From Bacteroidales bacterium (GTDB lineage: Bacteria > Bacteroidota > Bacteroidia > Bacteroidales > UBA3824), in the NCBI GenBank assembly GCA_017544805.1, contig JAFYDK010000015.1, positions 6,858-70,857 on the forward strand: 64,000 bases of DNA, in the 5' to 3' direction. Below the pieces are notes generated by a model. It searched no databases. It worked only from the letters and a program-made list of their open reading frames with translations, and was not told the DNA's origin. The position numbers and the translations under genes were made by a program. This document shows, piece by piece, positions 38,379 through 47,700 of this stretch. Each line of letters opens with the position of its first letter. The stretch's first letter is position 1.

Positions 38379-40199
38379 TCAATCATTTGAATCCTTATGA
38401 AAGTATTCATAAACTTTTTGAGCTTTAGACAAATCCACTACTTTATTCAGTTCTAAGAGCGATGCGGCGGAAACAGCGTTCACAGAACCGAACTCAGAAA
38501 GCAATTTTGCGATTGTTTTATCGCCGATGCCGTCAATATCCTCCAAGACGGAATGAATCATTCCTTTTGATCGTTTGTTTCTGTGAAACGTTATACAAAA
38601 TCTATGAGCCTCGTCCCTTAAATGTTGAATAACCTTCAACGTCGGGGAATTCTTATCCAAATATAGCGGAATGTTATCTTCGGGGAAAAATATTTCTTCC
38701 AAACGTTTAGCAATTCCTATCAAAGCTATTTTCGGATAAAGTCCGAGAGCTTTCAAAGTTTCGTAAGCGCAACGCAACTGACCTTTACCTCCGTCCACGA
38801 TTACAAGCTGTGGCAAAGGTTTACCTTCATCATGCAAACGTTTGTAACGTCTAAAAACAACTTCCCGCATCGTAGCGAAATCATCAGGACCTTCCACGGT
38901 CTTAACATTAAACAGCCTATAATCTCTTTTGTATGGTTTTCCGTTTCTAAAGACCACGCATGACGAAACAGGATTTGTACCTTGAATATTTGAATTATCA
39001 AAACATTCAATATGTCTTGGCTCAACATCGAGTTGCAAATCCTTCTGCATTGTTTTCATCAAATTATTAACGCTCTTATCAGGGTCAATCAGCGAGCGTT
39101 GTTTTTGTTGCTCGGCCATAAAAAGTTTGCAGTTTCTTTCTGACCATTCCAAGAGTTGTTTTTTATCACCTGTTTTAGGAACGGTAATTTTATAATCGTT
39201 AAAACCAAAATCAACGTCAAAAGGCAAAATCAATTCATCCGCTTTGTCGCCGATATTCAAATCAGAAAAATGAATATCCGCCATAGCGGTCAAAAGAATA
39301 TCTTTTTTATCTTCATCCACCTTAGCTTTTATCTCCCTCGTAAAAGACCGCAAAATCAAACTTTGCGATACTTTCATAAAATTGACATAATAAAAATCGT
39401 CTACAGCATCATACAAAATAGAAAAAACCTCTACAGTATTCGGCACATTAACGGAGATAACATTTTTAGCATGATAAGAAATTAAAACATCATATTTCTC
39501 CTTTATTTCCTGAGCCTTTTCAAACTCCATTTTTTCGGCTAATTCCGCCATCTGAGAGCGCATCATACTGATAACTTCCGCAGTTTTACCATTAAGAATT
39601 TTTCTGACGGTCGCAATATACTCGTTATATTTTTCTTTACTAACCTGACCAATACAAGGAGCACAACAGTTTTTTATATGATAATCCAAACAAACGTCAT
39701 ATTTTCCATTCTTAACAAGTTGTTCTGTCATAGGCGTTCTACACGTCCTTAAATGAAACAACCTCCTAAACATATCCAAAACATTACGCATCACAACAAC
39801 CGAAGTATAAGGACCAAAATACATCCCCTCCCCTGCTATTCTCTTTCTCGTAAAATAAACCCTCGGATAATCCTCGTTAGAAATACAAATCCACGGATAC
39901 GTCTTATCATCCTTCAACAAAATATTATACCTCGGCTGAAACTGCTTAATCAACTTATTCTCCAACAACAAAGCATCAGTCTCCGTATCAACACAAATAT
40001 GCAAAACATCAACAATATGCCTTACTAAAATAGCAGTTTTACCAACTTGATTTTTCTCACGAAAATAAGAAGAAACTCTATTTCGCAGATTTTTCGCCTT
40101 ACCAACATAAATAACAGTACCGTTTTTGTCCAAAAAATTATAAACACCAGGACTAAACGGTAAAGTCTTTACTTTATATTCCAACGTATTTTTATCCAT
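38379..40199 (-). CDS. uvrC: Excinuclease ABC subunit C
   Basis: GIY-YIG motif GVYNFLDKNGTVIYVGKAKNLRNRVSSY, UvrBC-interaction region, endonuclease domain, C-terminal (HhH)2 IDGIGDKTIAKLL. Confidence 0.95.
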   Translation of the reverse strand: MDKNTLEYKVKTLPFSPGVYNFLDKNGTVIYVGKAKNLRNRVSSYFREKNQVGKTAILVRHIVDVLHICVDTETDALLLENKLIKQFQPRYNILLKDDKTYPWICISNEDYPRVYFTRKRIAGEGMYFGPYTSVVVMRNVLDMFRRLFHLRTCRTPMTEQLVKNGKYDVCLDYHIKNCCAPCIGQVSKEKYNEYIATVRKILNGKTAEVISMMRSQMAELAEKMEFEKAQEIKEKYDVLISYHAKNVISVNVPNTVEVFSILYDAVDDFYYVNFMKVSQSLILRSFTREIKAKVDEDKKDILLTAMADIHFSDLNIGDKADELILPFDVDFGFNDYKITVPKTGDKKQLLEWSERNCKLFMAEQQKQRSLIDPDKSVNNLMKTMQKDLQLDVEPRHIECFDNSNIQGTNPVSSCVVFRNGKPYKRDYRLFNVKTVEGPDDFATMREVVFRRYKRLHDEGKPLPQLVIVDGGKGQLRCAYETLKALGLYPKIALIGIAKRLEEIFFPEDNIPLYLDKNSPTLKVIQHLRDEAHRFCITFHRNKRSKGMIHSVLEDIDGIGDKTIAKLLSEFGSVNAVSAASLLELNKVVDLSKAQKVYEYFHKDSND

Positions 40200-40217
40200 T
40201 TCTTTTAATGTTATTAT

Positions 40218-40373
40218 CGCTCGCCGCGGGGCGTTCCCTTTTGAAAAAGGGAACCGGAAAACTTTTAGGAAACATGAATTTGGAATGCCTTTAAGGGCAT
40301 TCCAAATTCATATTTCTTTAAAAGTTCTTTGGTTCTTTCTTTCAAGAAAGAACAGCCCCCGCGGCTTGAGCGG
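40218..40373 (-). repeat. 156-nt GC-rich modular palindromic element, copy A (MITE-like or structured-RNA-like)
   Basis: Base-by-base comparison gives: 40218..40267 is the reverse complement of 56606..56655 (50/50), and 40321..40373 is the reverse complement of 56500..56552 (53/53). The central 53 nt (40268..40320) is an unrelated near-perfect palindrome, ATGAATTTGGAATGCC/GGCATTCCAAATTCAT. Confidence 0.9.
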
Positions 40374-42009
40374 CAGTAATTACATCAACGAATTGAAAAT
40401 CGTTGACATTAAATAAACCTTTATCGGTTATTTTGAGTTTAGGGATTACGGGCAGAGCCATAAACGCGAGAGTCATGAATGGAGCTGTAAGTTTGCAACC
40501 GAGGGCTTTTATTAGAATTGAGAGGCTTGAGTATTTCTGAGCTGCAGCCTGACAAGAAGTATCGGTCATAATACCTCCGATTTTGAGTTGCATATCGAAA
40601 ATATTTTGACCTGTTACAACTGCGAGCCCACCTTTGTTTGAGATTATTCTATTAATACATTTAACAATAGAACTATCATCAACGCCTACGCAAATTATAT
40701 TATGACTATCATGTGCAACACAGCTTCCTATTGCTCCGAATTTCAAACCAAATCCGTTAATAAAACCTATCGCGGGTTTTGAATTTAAATTATATCGGTT
40801 AAGACAAACAATTTTTAAAATATCTTTTTTTACATCAGACACTATTTTTTCGTCTTTTATCTCTAAGTTTCCCGTGAAACTTTCCGTAAAAAGTTCTTTA
40901 TCTATAACTTTTATAACACGAACTTTGTCGGTTTTTGATTTAATTTCAATATCAGACGTCTTAATTTTCTTACAATTAAAATTATTTATAGGCTTGTTGT
41001 CTGTTACTTCAAAAAACTTCTTTTTGTCTTTTATGAGAGTTTTTCCATCAATAACAACCTCTAAAATGTTAAAATTTTTAATATCATCAACAATAACAAA
41101 ATCCGCAGAATCGTCTTTTTGAAGTAATCCGACATTAAGATTATAATGCTTTATAGGATTAAGAGTAGCGGCTCTTAAAACATCAAAAAAATCGTACCCC
41201 TCTCCTACTAACGTTTTAACCCGCTCAAATAAATATCCTTTCATTAAATCATCAGGATGAAAATCATCACTACAAAGCATCAATTTTTCGGGTGATTCTT
41301 TGAATAAAGGAGCAAGAGCATTGAGATTTTTAGCAGCAGAACCTTCCCTAATTTGGATTTTCATGCCGTATTTTATCTTCTCTCGAGCCTCTTCTAATGT
41401 CATACATTCGTGATCGGTAGATATTCCGGCAGCAGCATATTGTTTAACTTGCGCCTCAGAAATAGCAGGAGCATGACCATCAATAGGCTTATTAAGCTCT
41501 TTTGCGGCGTTAATTTTAGCAACAACTTCCTTATCGTTATTCAAAACACCAACAAAATTCATCATTTCAGAAAGACAAACAACATTGTCCTTCTTTAAAA
41601 GTTTTTTCACACTTTCAGCATTAAGTATTGCTCCTGAAGTTTCAAAACTTGTAGAAGGCACACATGAAGGCACCCCGAAAAATATTTTCATCGGTGAAAG
41701 TGCGGCATCTTTTAGCATAAAATTAAAGCCGTCTTCACCGCATACATTTGAGATTTCATGAGGATCTGTAACAACGGCAACAACGCCGTGCTGCAATGCC
41801 ACCTCAGCGAAACGTTGCGGTGTTACCATACTACTCTCAATATGAATATGAGAATCCACAAGACCGGGCAATATAAACTTAGAAGATTGCACATCGCATT
41901 TTTCTATCTTTTTTATAACTCCGTCCTCAACAAAAATCTTTCCCTGAAAGATTTCTTTATTCACAACATCAACAATATTTCCACTATACTCCATCACAAT
42001 TGCCTCCAT
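40342..42009 (-). CDS. ade: Adenine deaminase
   Basis: Amidohydrolase metal motif LPGLVDSHIHIESSM. DGHAP, TDHE, about 555 aa. The last 10 codons and the stop lie inside repeat element A. Confidence 0.85.
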   Translation of the reverse strand: MEAIVMEYSGNIVDVVNKEIFQGKIFVEDGVIKKIEKCDVQSSKFILPGLVDSHIHIESSMVTPQRFAEVALQHGVVAVVTDPHEISNVCGEDGFNFMLKDAALSPMKIFFGVPSCVPSTSFETSGAILNAESVKKLLKKDNVVCLSEMMNFVGVLNNDKEVVAKINAAKELNKPIDGHAPAISEAQVKQYAAAGISTDHECMTLEEAREKIKYGMKIQIREGSAAKNLNALAPLFKESPEKLMLCSDDFHPDDLMKGYLFERVKTLVGEGYDFFDVLRAATLNPIKHYNLNVGLLQKDDSADFVIVDDIKNFNILEVVIDGKTLIKDKKKFFEVTDNKPINNFNCKKIKTSDIEIKSKTDKVRVIKVIDKELFTESFTGNLEIKDEKIVSDVKKDILKIVCLNRYNLNSKPAIGFINGFGLKFGAIGSCVAHDSHNIICVGVDDSSIVKCINRIISNKGGLAVVTGQNIFDMQLKIGGIMTDTSCQAAAQKYSSLSILIKALGCKLTAPFMTLAFMALPVIPKLKITDKGLFNVNDFQFVDVITAAQAAGAVLS

Positions 42010-42094
42010 TTTTTTTAAAGTTTCTATTCACAAAACCAACACCATCAAAACAAAAAGTGTAAATATAAAATTCTTTTTCTCTCAAAAGAAAAAT

Positions 42095-43951
42095 TTATCG
42101 TCCTAAATATATCAAAAGCGTATTGATATCAGCAGGGCTAACACCGGGAATTCTTGAAGCCTGACCAATCGTTTTCGGCTTAATACGTGCTAATTTTTGA
42201 CGACATTCCGTTGATAAAGAAAGTATAGAAGCAAAATCCAAACCATCAGGTATTGTTACATAATCCAAACGGGATAATTTTTCAGCGGTTGCCTCTTCCC
42301 TGTCAATATAACCCTGATACTTAATTTTTATTTCCGCAGACTCTATTTCGTATCTATCAAAACGCTTCAAAAACGGAAATAAATCTTTTAATTCTTCCAA
42401 ATTAACTTCCGTTCTCAAAATTATCGCACTCAATTTATTACCTTGAGTGAGCGGTTTTCCACCTTTTTGTTGGATATAACCATTAATTCTATCACAAGAA
42501 ACAGAAGTATTTTTACAATATTCCAATATTTTTTCAACATTTTGTTTCTTATTTTGATAGAAATCATAACGTTCTTTATCAGCCAACCCAAGACCAAAAC
42601 CCTTCTCAGTAAGCCTTTCATCAGCATTATCTTGCCTTAAAAGTATACGATATTCCGATCTCGAAGTAAACATCCTATAAGGCTCATCAACACCTTTAGT
42701 CACTAAGTCATCAATTAAAACACCAATATAAGCATCTTTCCTTGACAAAATAAACTCTTTGTTTCCCGTGAAACTTAGTGCAGCATTCAATCCTGCCATC
42801 AAACCTTGACACGCTGCTTCCTCGTAACCAGTTGTTCCGTTTACTTGTCCAGCAAAATAAACGCCCTTAATTACCTTTGACTCTAATGTATGATACAGCT
42901 GTGTAGGATCAAAATAGTCGTATTCTATAGCATAACCCGGACGGAAAATTTTCGCTTTTTCCAAGCCCGGAATAAGTCTAATTGCAGCATACTGAACTTC
43001 AAATGGTAATGAAGAAGAAAATCCGTTAAGATAATACTCACACGTATCAGTACCCTCCGGCTCTAAAAAAACAGGATGTGATTGTTTGTCAGCAAAGGTA
43101 ACGATTTTTGTTTCCACTGACGGGCAATATCTCGGTCCTGTAGATTTTATAGTACCATTAAACAAGGGAGAGCGATCAAAACCCTTACGTAATTCATCAT
43201 GAACCTTAGGATTAGTATAAGAAATATAACATTTTCTCTGTGGCAAACGTTCAATTTTATGTGCCATAAACGAGAAAGAATCGGGATTTTCATCACCATC
43301 TTGAGGTGTCATCGCCGAAAAATCTATCGTTCTACCGTCAATTCTCGCAGGTGTACCAGTCTTCATCCTCGAGGTTTTAACACCCGCTTTAAGCAAAGCT
43401 TCAGTTAAACCACGAGCAGGAATCTCCCCTATCCTACCGCCGACAGCTTGATTTTCGCCAACGTGCATCAATCCATTTAAGAATGTTCCTGCTGTAATAA
43501 CAACCTTTTTACATTTAAATTTCACACCAAAAACTGTTTCAACGCCTTGAATTTCGCCATTTTCAACTTCAATATTTTTGACCGTATCTTGCCAAAAATA
43601 TAAATTCGGTACTTTTTCAAGCAACATTCTCCAATTAATCGAGAACTTCGTTCTATCACATTGCGACCTCGGCGACCACATTGCAGGACCTTTTGAGCGG
43701 TTCAACATTCTAAATTGTATCGAACTCATATCCGTAACAACACCCGTTAAACCACCAAGAGCATCAATTTCACGTACAATTTGCCCTTTAGCAATACCAC
43801 CAATAGCAGGATTACAAGACATCTGAGCAAATTTTGTCATATCCATCGTAATAAGCAAGGTCTTAACACCAAGCCTTGCAGCAGCATACGCAGCCTCACA
43901 GCCTGCATGTCCCGCACCAACAACGATTATATCATATTCTTCAATCATCAT
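42095..43951 (-). CDS. mnmG: tRNA uridine-5-carboxymethylaminomethyl synthesis enzyme MnmG (GidA)
   Basis: YDIIVVGAGHAGCEAA FAD motif, GQMSCNPAIGG-like SCNPAIGGIAKG, and conservation along the full length. Confidence 0.97.
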   Translation of the reverse strand: MMIEEYDIIVVGAGHAGCEAAYAAARLGVKTLLITMDMTKFAQMSCNPAIGGIAKGQIVREIDALGGLTGVVTDMSSIQFRMLNRSKGPAMWSPRSQCDRTKFSINWRMLLEKVPNLYFWQDTVKNIEVENGEIQGVETVFGVKFKCKKVVITAGTFLNGLMHVGENQAVGGRIGEIPARGLTEALLKAGVKTSRMKTGTPARIDGRTIDFSAMTPQDGDENPDSFSFMAHKIERLPQRKCYISYTNPKVHDELRKGFDRSPLFNGTIKSTGPRYCPSVETKIVTFADKQSHPVFLEPEGTDTCEYYLNGFSSSLPFEVQYAAIRLIPGLEKAKIFRPGYAIEYDYFDPTQLYHTLESKVIKGVYFAGQVNGTTGYEEAACQGLMAGLNAALSFTGNKEFILSRKDAYIGVLIDDLVTKGVDEPYRMFTSRSEYRILLRQDNADERLTEKGFGLGLADKERYDFYQNKKQNVEKILEYCKNTSVSCDRINGYIQQKGGKPLTQGNKLSAIILRTEVNLEELKDLFPFLKRFDRYEIESAEIKIKYQGYIDREEATAEKLSRLDYVTIPDGLDFASILSLSTECRQKLARIKPKTIGQASRIPGVSPADINTLLIYLGR

Positions 43952-44376
43952 TTTCTAAACTTCTTCTCAAAAATATCAATATAAAAATCTTCTTTCTTAT
44001 GAATTTCTTCCTCCAATTCATCAGTTACATCATCATAACCTATCAAATGCAACACTCCATGAATCATAACACGTAAAAGTTCTGTTTCACGTAAAACTTT
44101 AAACTTTTCTGCATTATCCAAGATTCTATCATAACTAATAAACAAATCACCTGAAATTATATCGTCTTTTACATAATCAAACGTAATAATATCGGTATAA
44201 TAATCGTGATTTAGATATTGTTTATTCATATTCCAAAGATACTCATCGGAGCAGAAAATATAAGAAATATTACCTAATTCCTTATTTTCATTCCGAATTG
44301 TATATTCAATCCAGTTTCTTAATAAAGAATTATCCGGTAATTTAAATTCAATATCTTCAAAATTAAAGTCAATCAT
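43948..44376 (-). CDS. ybeY: rRNA maturation endoribonuclease YbeY
   Basis: Zinc motif HGVLHLIGYDD. 142 aa. 4-nt overlap with mnmG. Confidence 0.9.
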   Translation of the reverse strand: MIDFNFEDIEFKLPDNSLLRNWIEYTIRNENKELGNISYIFCSDEYLWNMNKQYLNHDYYTDIITFDYVKDDIISGDLFISYDRILDNAEKFKVLRETELLRVMIHGVLHLIGYDDVTDELEEEIHKKEDFYIDIFEKKFRK

Positions 44377-44382
44377 TATATC

Positions 44383-44790
44383 TTAAAGCAATTTAAAACC
44401 CATTTTAATCCTTGAACCATTATCCAAAAATTCAACTTTATCAGCAAGGTTTTTAATTAAAAATACTCCCCTACCCGAATCTTTTTCGATATTCTCAGGT
44501 AAAGTCGGATCAGGTAAGTTTTCATAATCAAATCCCTCCCCGCTATCTTTCACTACAACAACCAACTCGTCGTCGGCAATATAAGCAGTAACAGTAACAG
44601 GTTTCGCGGTATCATTTTTATTGCCATAAACAACAGCATTTTTTACCGCTTCAATTGTAGCAATCAAAATATTGCCATAAACTTCTTCAGAAATATTATA
44701 TTCTGTGCATACAGAATCAATAAATTTCTCCACAGAAGAAATTTTTTCGAGATTAGAACCGAATGATAATGACGTTTTCATGTGAAACAT
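44383..44790 (-). CDS. RsbW/SpoIIAB-like anti-sigma-factor serine kinase (HATPase_c_2)
   Basis: N-box IEAVKNAVVYG, G1 DSGEGF, G2 GRGVFLIKNL. About 132-135 aa. The start may be the MKTSL Met at 44781. Confidence 0.7.
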   Translation of the reverse strand: MFHMKTSLSFGSNLEKISSVEKFIDSVCTEYNISEEVYGNILIATIEAVKNAVVYGNKNDTAKPVTVTAYIADDELVVVVKDSGEGFDYENLPDPTLPENIEKDSGRGVFLIKNLADKVEFLDNGSRIKMGFKLL

Positions 44791-44797
44791 TTTTATA

Positions 44798-47700
44798 TTA
44801 TTCTATATTTTGCAAATATTCACTGTACTTATTTTGATAAAATAAGTTTAAATTCAATACGGGAGAATTAAGAAATTCTTTCGTACCAAACTTTTTGAAT
44901 TTGAGCTTCAAGTCTTCTTTTGATTGTTGCTGTAAATCTGACGCTTGCTTACTTTCGCGTTTTTCATCATATTCTTGTTGCTTCTCGGCCGTCTCAAGAT
45001 CCAATAATTTATTAAATATGGCATTTTGACGGTCGATAAGCGACTTGTTAATATTACGATTAACAATATCGCGTTTAGAATCTTCCATAAGTTGATTCAT
45101 TTGATTGAGTAATTGCTGCTGTTTTGGTGTATTACCACCTTGATTTTGCAACTGCTGCAATTGCTGCTGCAACATCTCCATTTTTTTCAACGATTGCACT
45201 AATTGCTGATTCTTCGGAGTATCACCCTTTTGTAGCTGCTGTAACATCTTTTGCAACATATCTTTCAACGATTGCTGTTGATTTTTCATCTGCTGCATAT
45301 TTTGCTGACGCTCCGCCATTTGTTTCTTATTTTTTGAAGAGTTTCTTGAAGAATTTTCTTGCGAAGAAGATGACTGCGACTGACTCTGTTGATTCTGCAT
45401 TTGATCTTGAATTTCAGAAAACAAAAGAGATAAATCATTAAAACCAACCAAAACATTATGCTGATAACGCAAAGCATCACTCTTATGATTTTCATTCAAT
45501 TCACCCTCAATTTTTCCAAGATACGAATTAATATCCGAAATTTTCTCATAAACAGTATGTCCTAACGAAGGCTCACGATTTGCAAGAGCATAAATAGAAT
45601 CCACAACCAGAGAAAAATCCTTTTTTATTTCAATTTGCTTAGGTATAGAAGCACCAAGATAATTAGAACCTGTTTTAACAGTATTCATCACATCCTCCTG
45701 AGCAAACGAAAGCGTAAGTAAATTATCCAAAATTTGACGAATATCATTAATATTCTCCTGATTTTTCTTCTGTCCGTTTTGCTGCTGAAGTCCTTGCATT
45801 TCATTTGACATTTGCTCTAAATCATCAGCCGTATCTTGCATTTGCTCTTGAAGTTGTCTATTATCAGACTTTGTTTCACGTGAATCTGTTTTATTAGACT
45901 CATCACCGTTATTATTTTGATTATTTTCATCATTAAAATCTGATTTAGTATCACTTTTTTGTGAGTTTTTATCATTAGATTTTTCGTTTTTAAAATCAGA
46001 TTTTTGATTTTTATCTATTTTGTTTTGTTCAAAAAGTTCGTTTAATTTATCAGATTCGCTATTTAATTCATTTTTGATTTCCTCGAACTTTTGTTCCAAT
46101 TGCGGAATATCCAATTTATTTTCGCCTAATTCCTCGTTTTGATTTTGGAGATTTTTATAATTATCTTTTTCTTGTTCAAAACGCTGTTTAATACTCTCTA
46201 AATCGTTAGAAAGTTGCTCTTTCTGTGCATCAGAAAGTTTGTTTGGTTCAGACAATTGCTTGGAAACATCACTCAAATCTTTAGATAAGTTCAACATCTC
46301 ATTAGAAATGTTTTGAAGCTTATTCTCGATGTTAAACATTTTCATTAGCGTATTATTTCTATCTAATTGCTCGGAAATCTGATTGTAATCAAATTTTAAA
46401 TCCTGAACATTCTCACGCATCGTTTTTTCTGACAGTTTTTTTGCTAATTCACTAATTTCGTCCATTAGTTTTTTAATATCGTCAGTCAATAATTGATCCC
46501 ATAATTCTTGTAATTGCTGTTGTTTTTTCTGTAATTCCTCGTTTTCCTCAGACGATAATTGATTTTCAAAAGCATTTTTAAACTTATTATCTTCAGAAAT
46601 TTCTTCCAAAAGACTCTTTAGTTTATCTTGCTTATTCATTAAATTATCAAGTTTGAGTTTCTTTTCCCATTCCGACAAATTTTTATTAGCAGCCACCGAT
46701 TTTTGAAAATCATTCAAATCGTTATTTAATTCTCTCAAAAGCGATTGCGCTTTTTCAACTTTATCAACCATCGAAGACTGAAGATTATCTATTCTATCCT
46801 GTTTTTCTTGATCTGAAACCGCCGTATAAACAGAATAAGACGTCTTAGAAGACTTAAATCCGGAAATATTATCATTATCCCTAACCTCAAAATAATAAGA
46901 AACCGTTTTTTTAAGATTAGAAAAATCATAATAAAAGAAAAAATCCTGAGAAAGACTCTCATTAAAATCAATTTTCTCAAAATGTAATTTTTCCGGCTCG
47001 TCAGGGTCAAAATACACAAAATTCAAAGAATAAAAACCATAATCATCTGAAATATGACCTGAAAAATACAAGGCATTTGCAACTGTAGAGTCTACAGCAG
47101 AAACAACTTGAATAGTCGGATAATAATCCGGAATAAGGTTCACGTGAAACAATTCAGATGTCTGATTATAAGAATTTTCTCCATCAATAACAAAATTGTA
47201 ATCAAAGCTCTTTTTGGCGGTTTTTTCGATGCGAATTTCGTTATTTTTTAAACTAACATCTACCTTGGAAGAATCAGCAAAAAACTGAAAATTTTTAACG
47301 GAAGAAATCTCGTAATTCCAAACAATTTTAGAGCCAAAAGGAACTGTTAAATCGCCTGTATTTTCAAATTCCTCACTGCTGATTTTGGTGTATGAAGGCG
47401 GTAAAACCTGAACAGACGAACGCAAAATCTGAGGCTTTTGAAAAACTTCAATACCAAAATTTTCAGAACGGTAAAGCGAATAATTTACGTGAAAATTCAA
47501 ATTTGAATTCAAGTTCTTTAAATTGTAAGAATAATAACCCGCAGAGTCAGAATTCATTCTAACAGAAAAATCCTCACCGGAAAGATACACGTCCCTTAAA
47601 ACATCAGGACCGTCAATCTTAACTAAAACTAAAAAATCTTCACCGGCAGCACACTGCAAATTATCGCTTAAAAGCGAAAAAGTATACGGATTCTCTTTTT

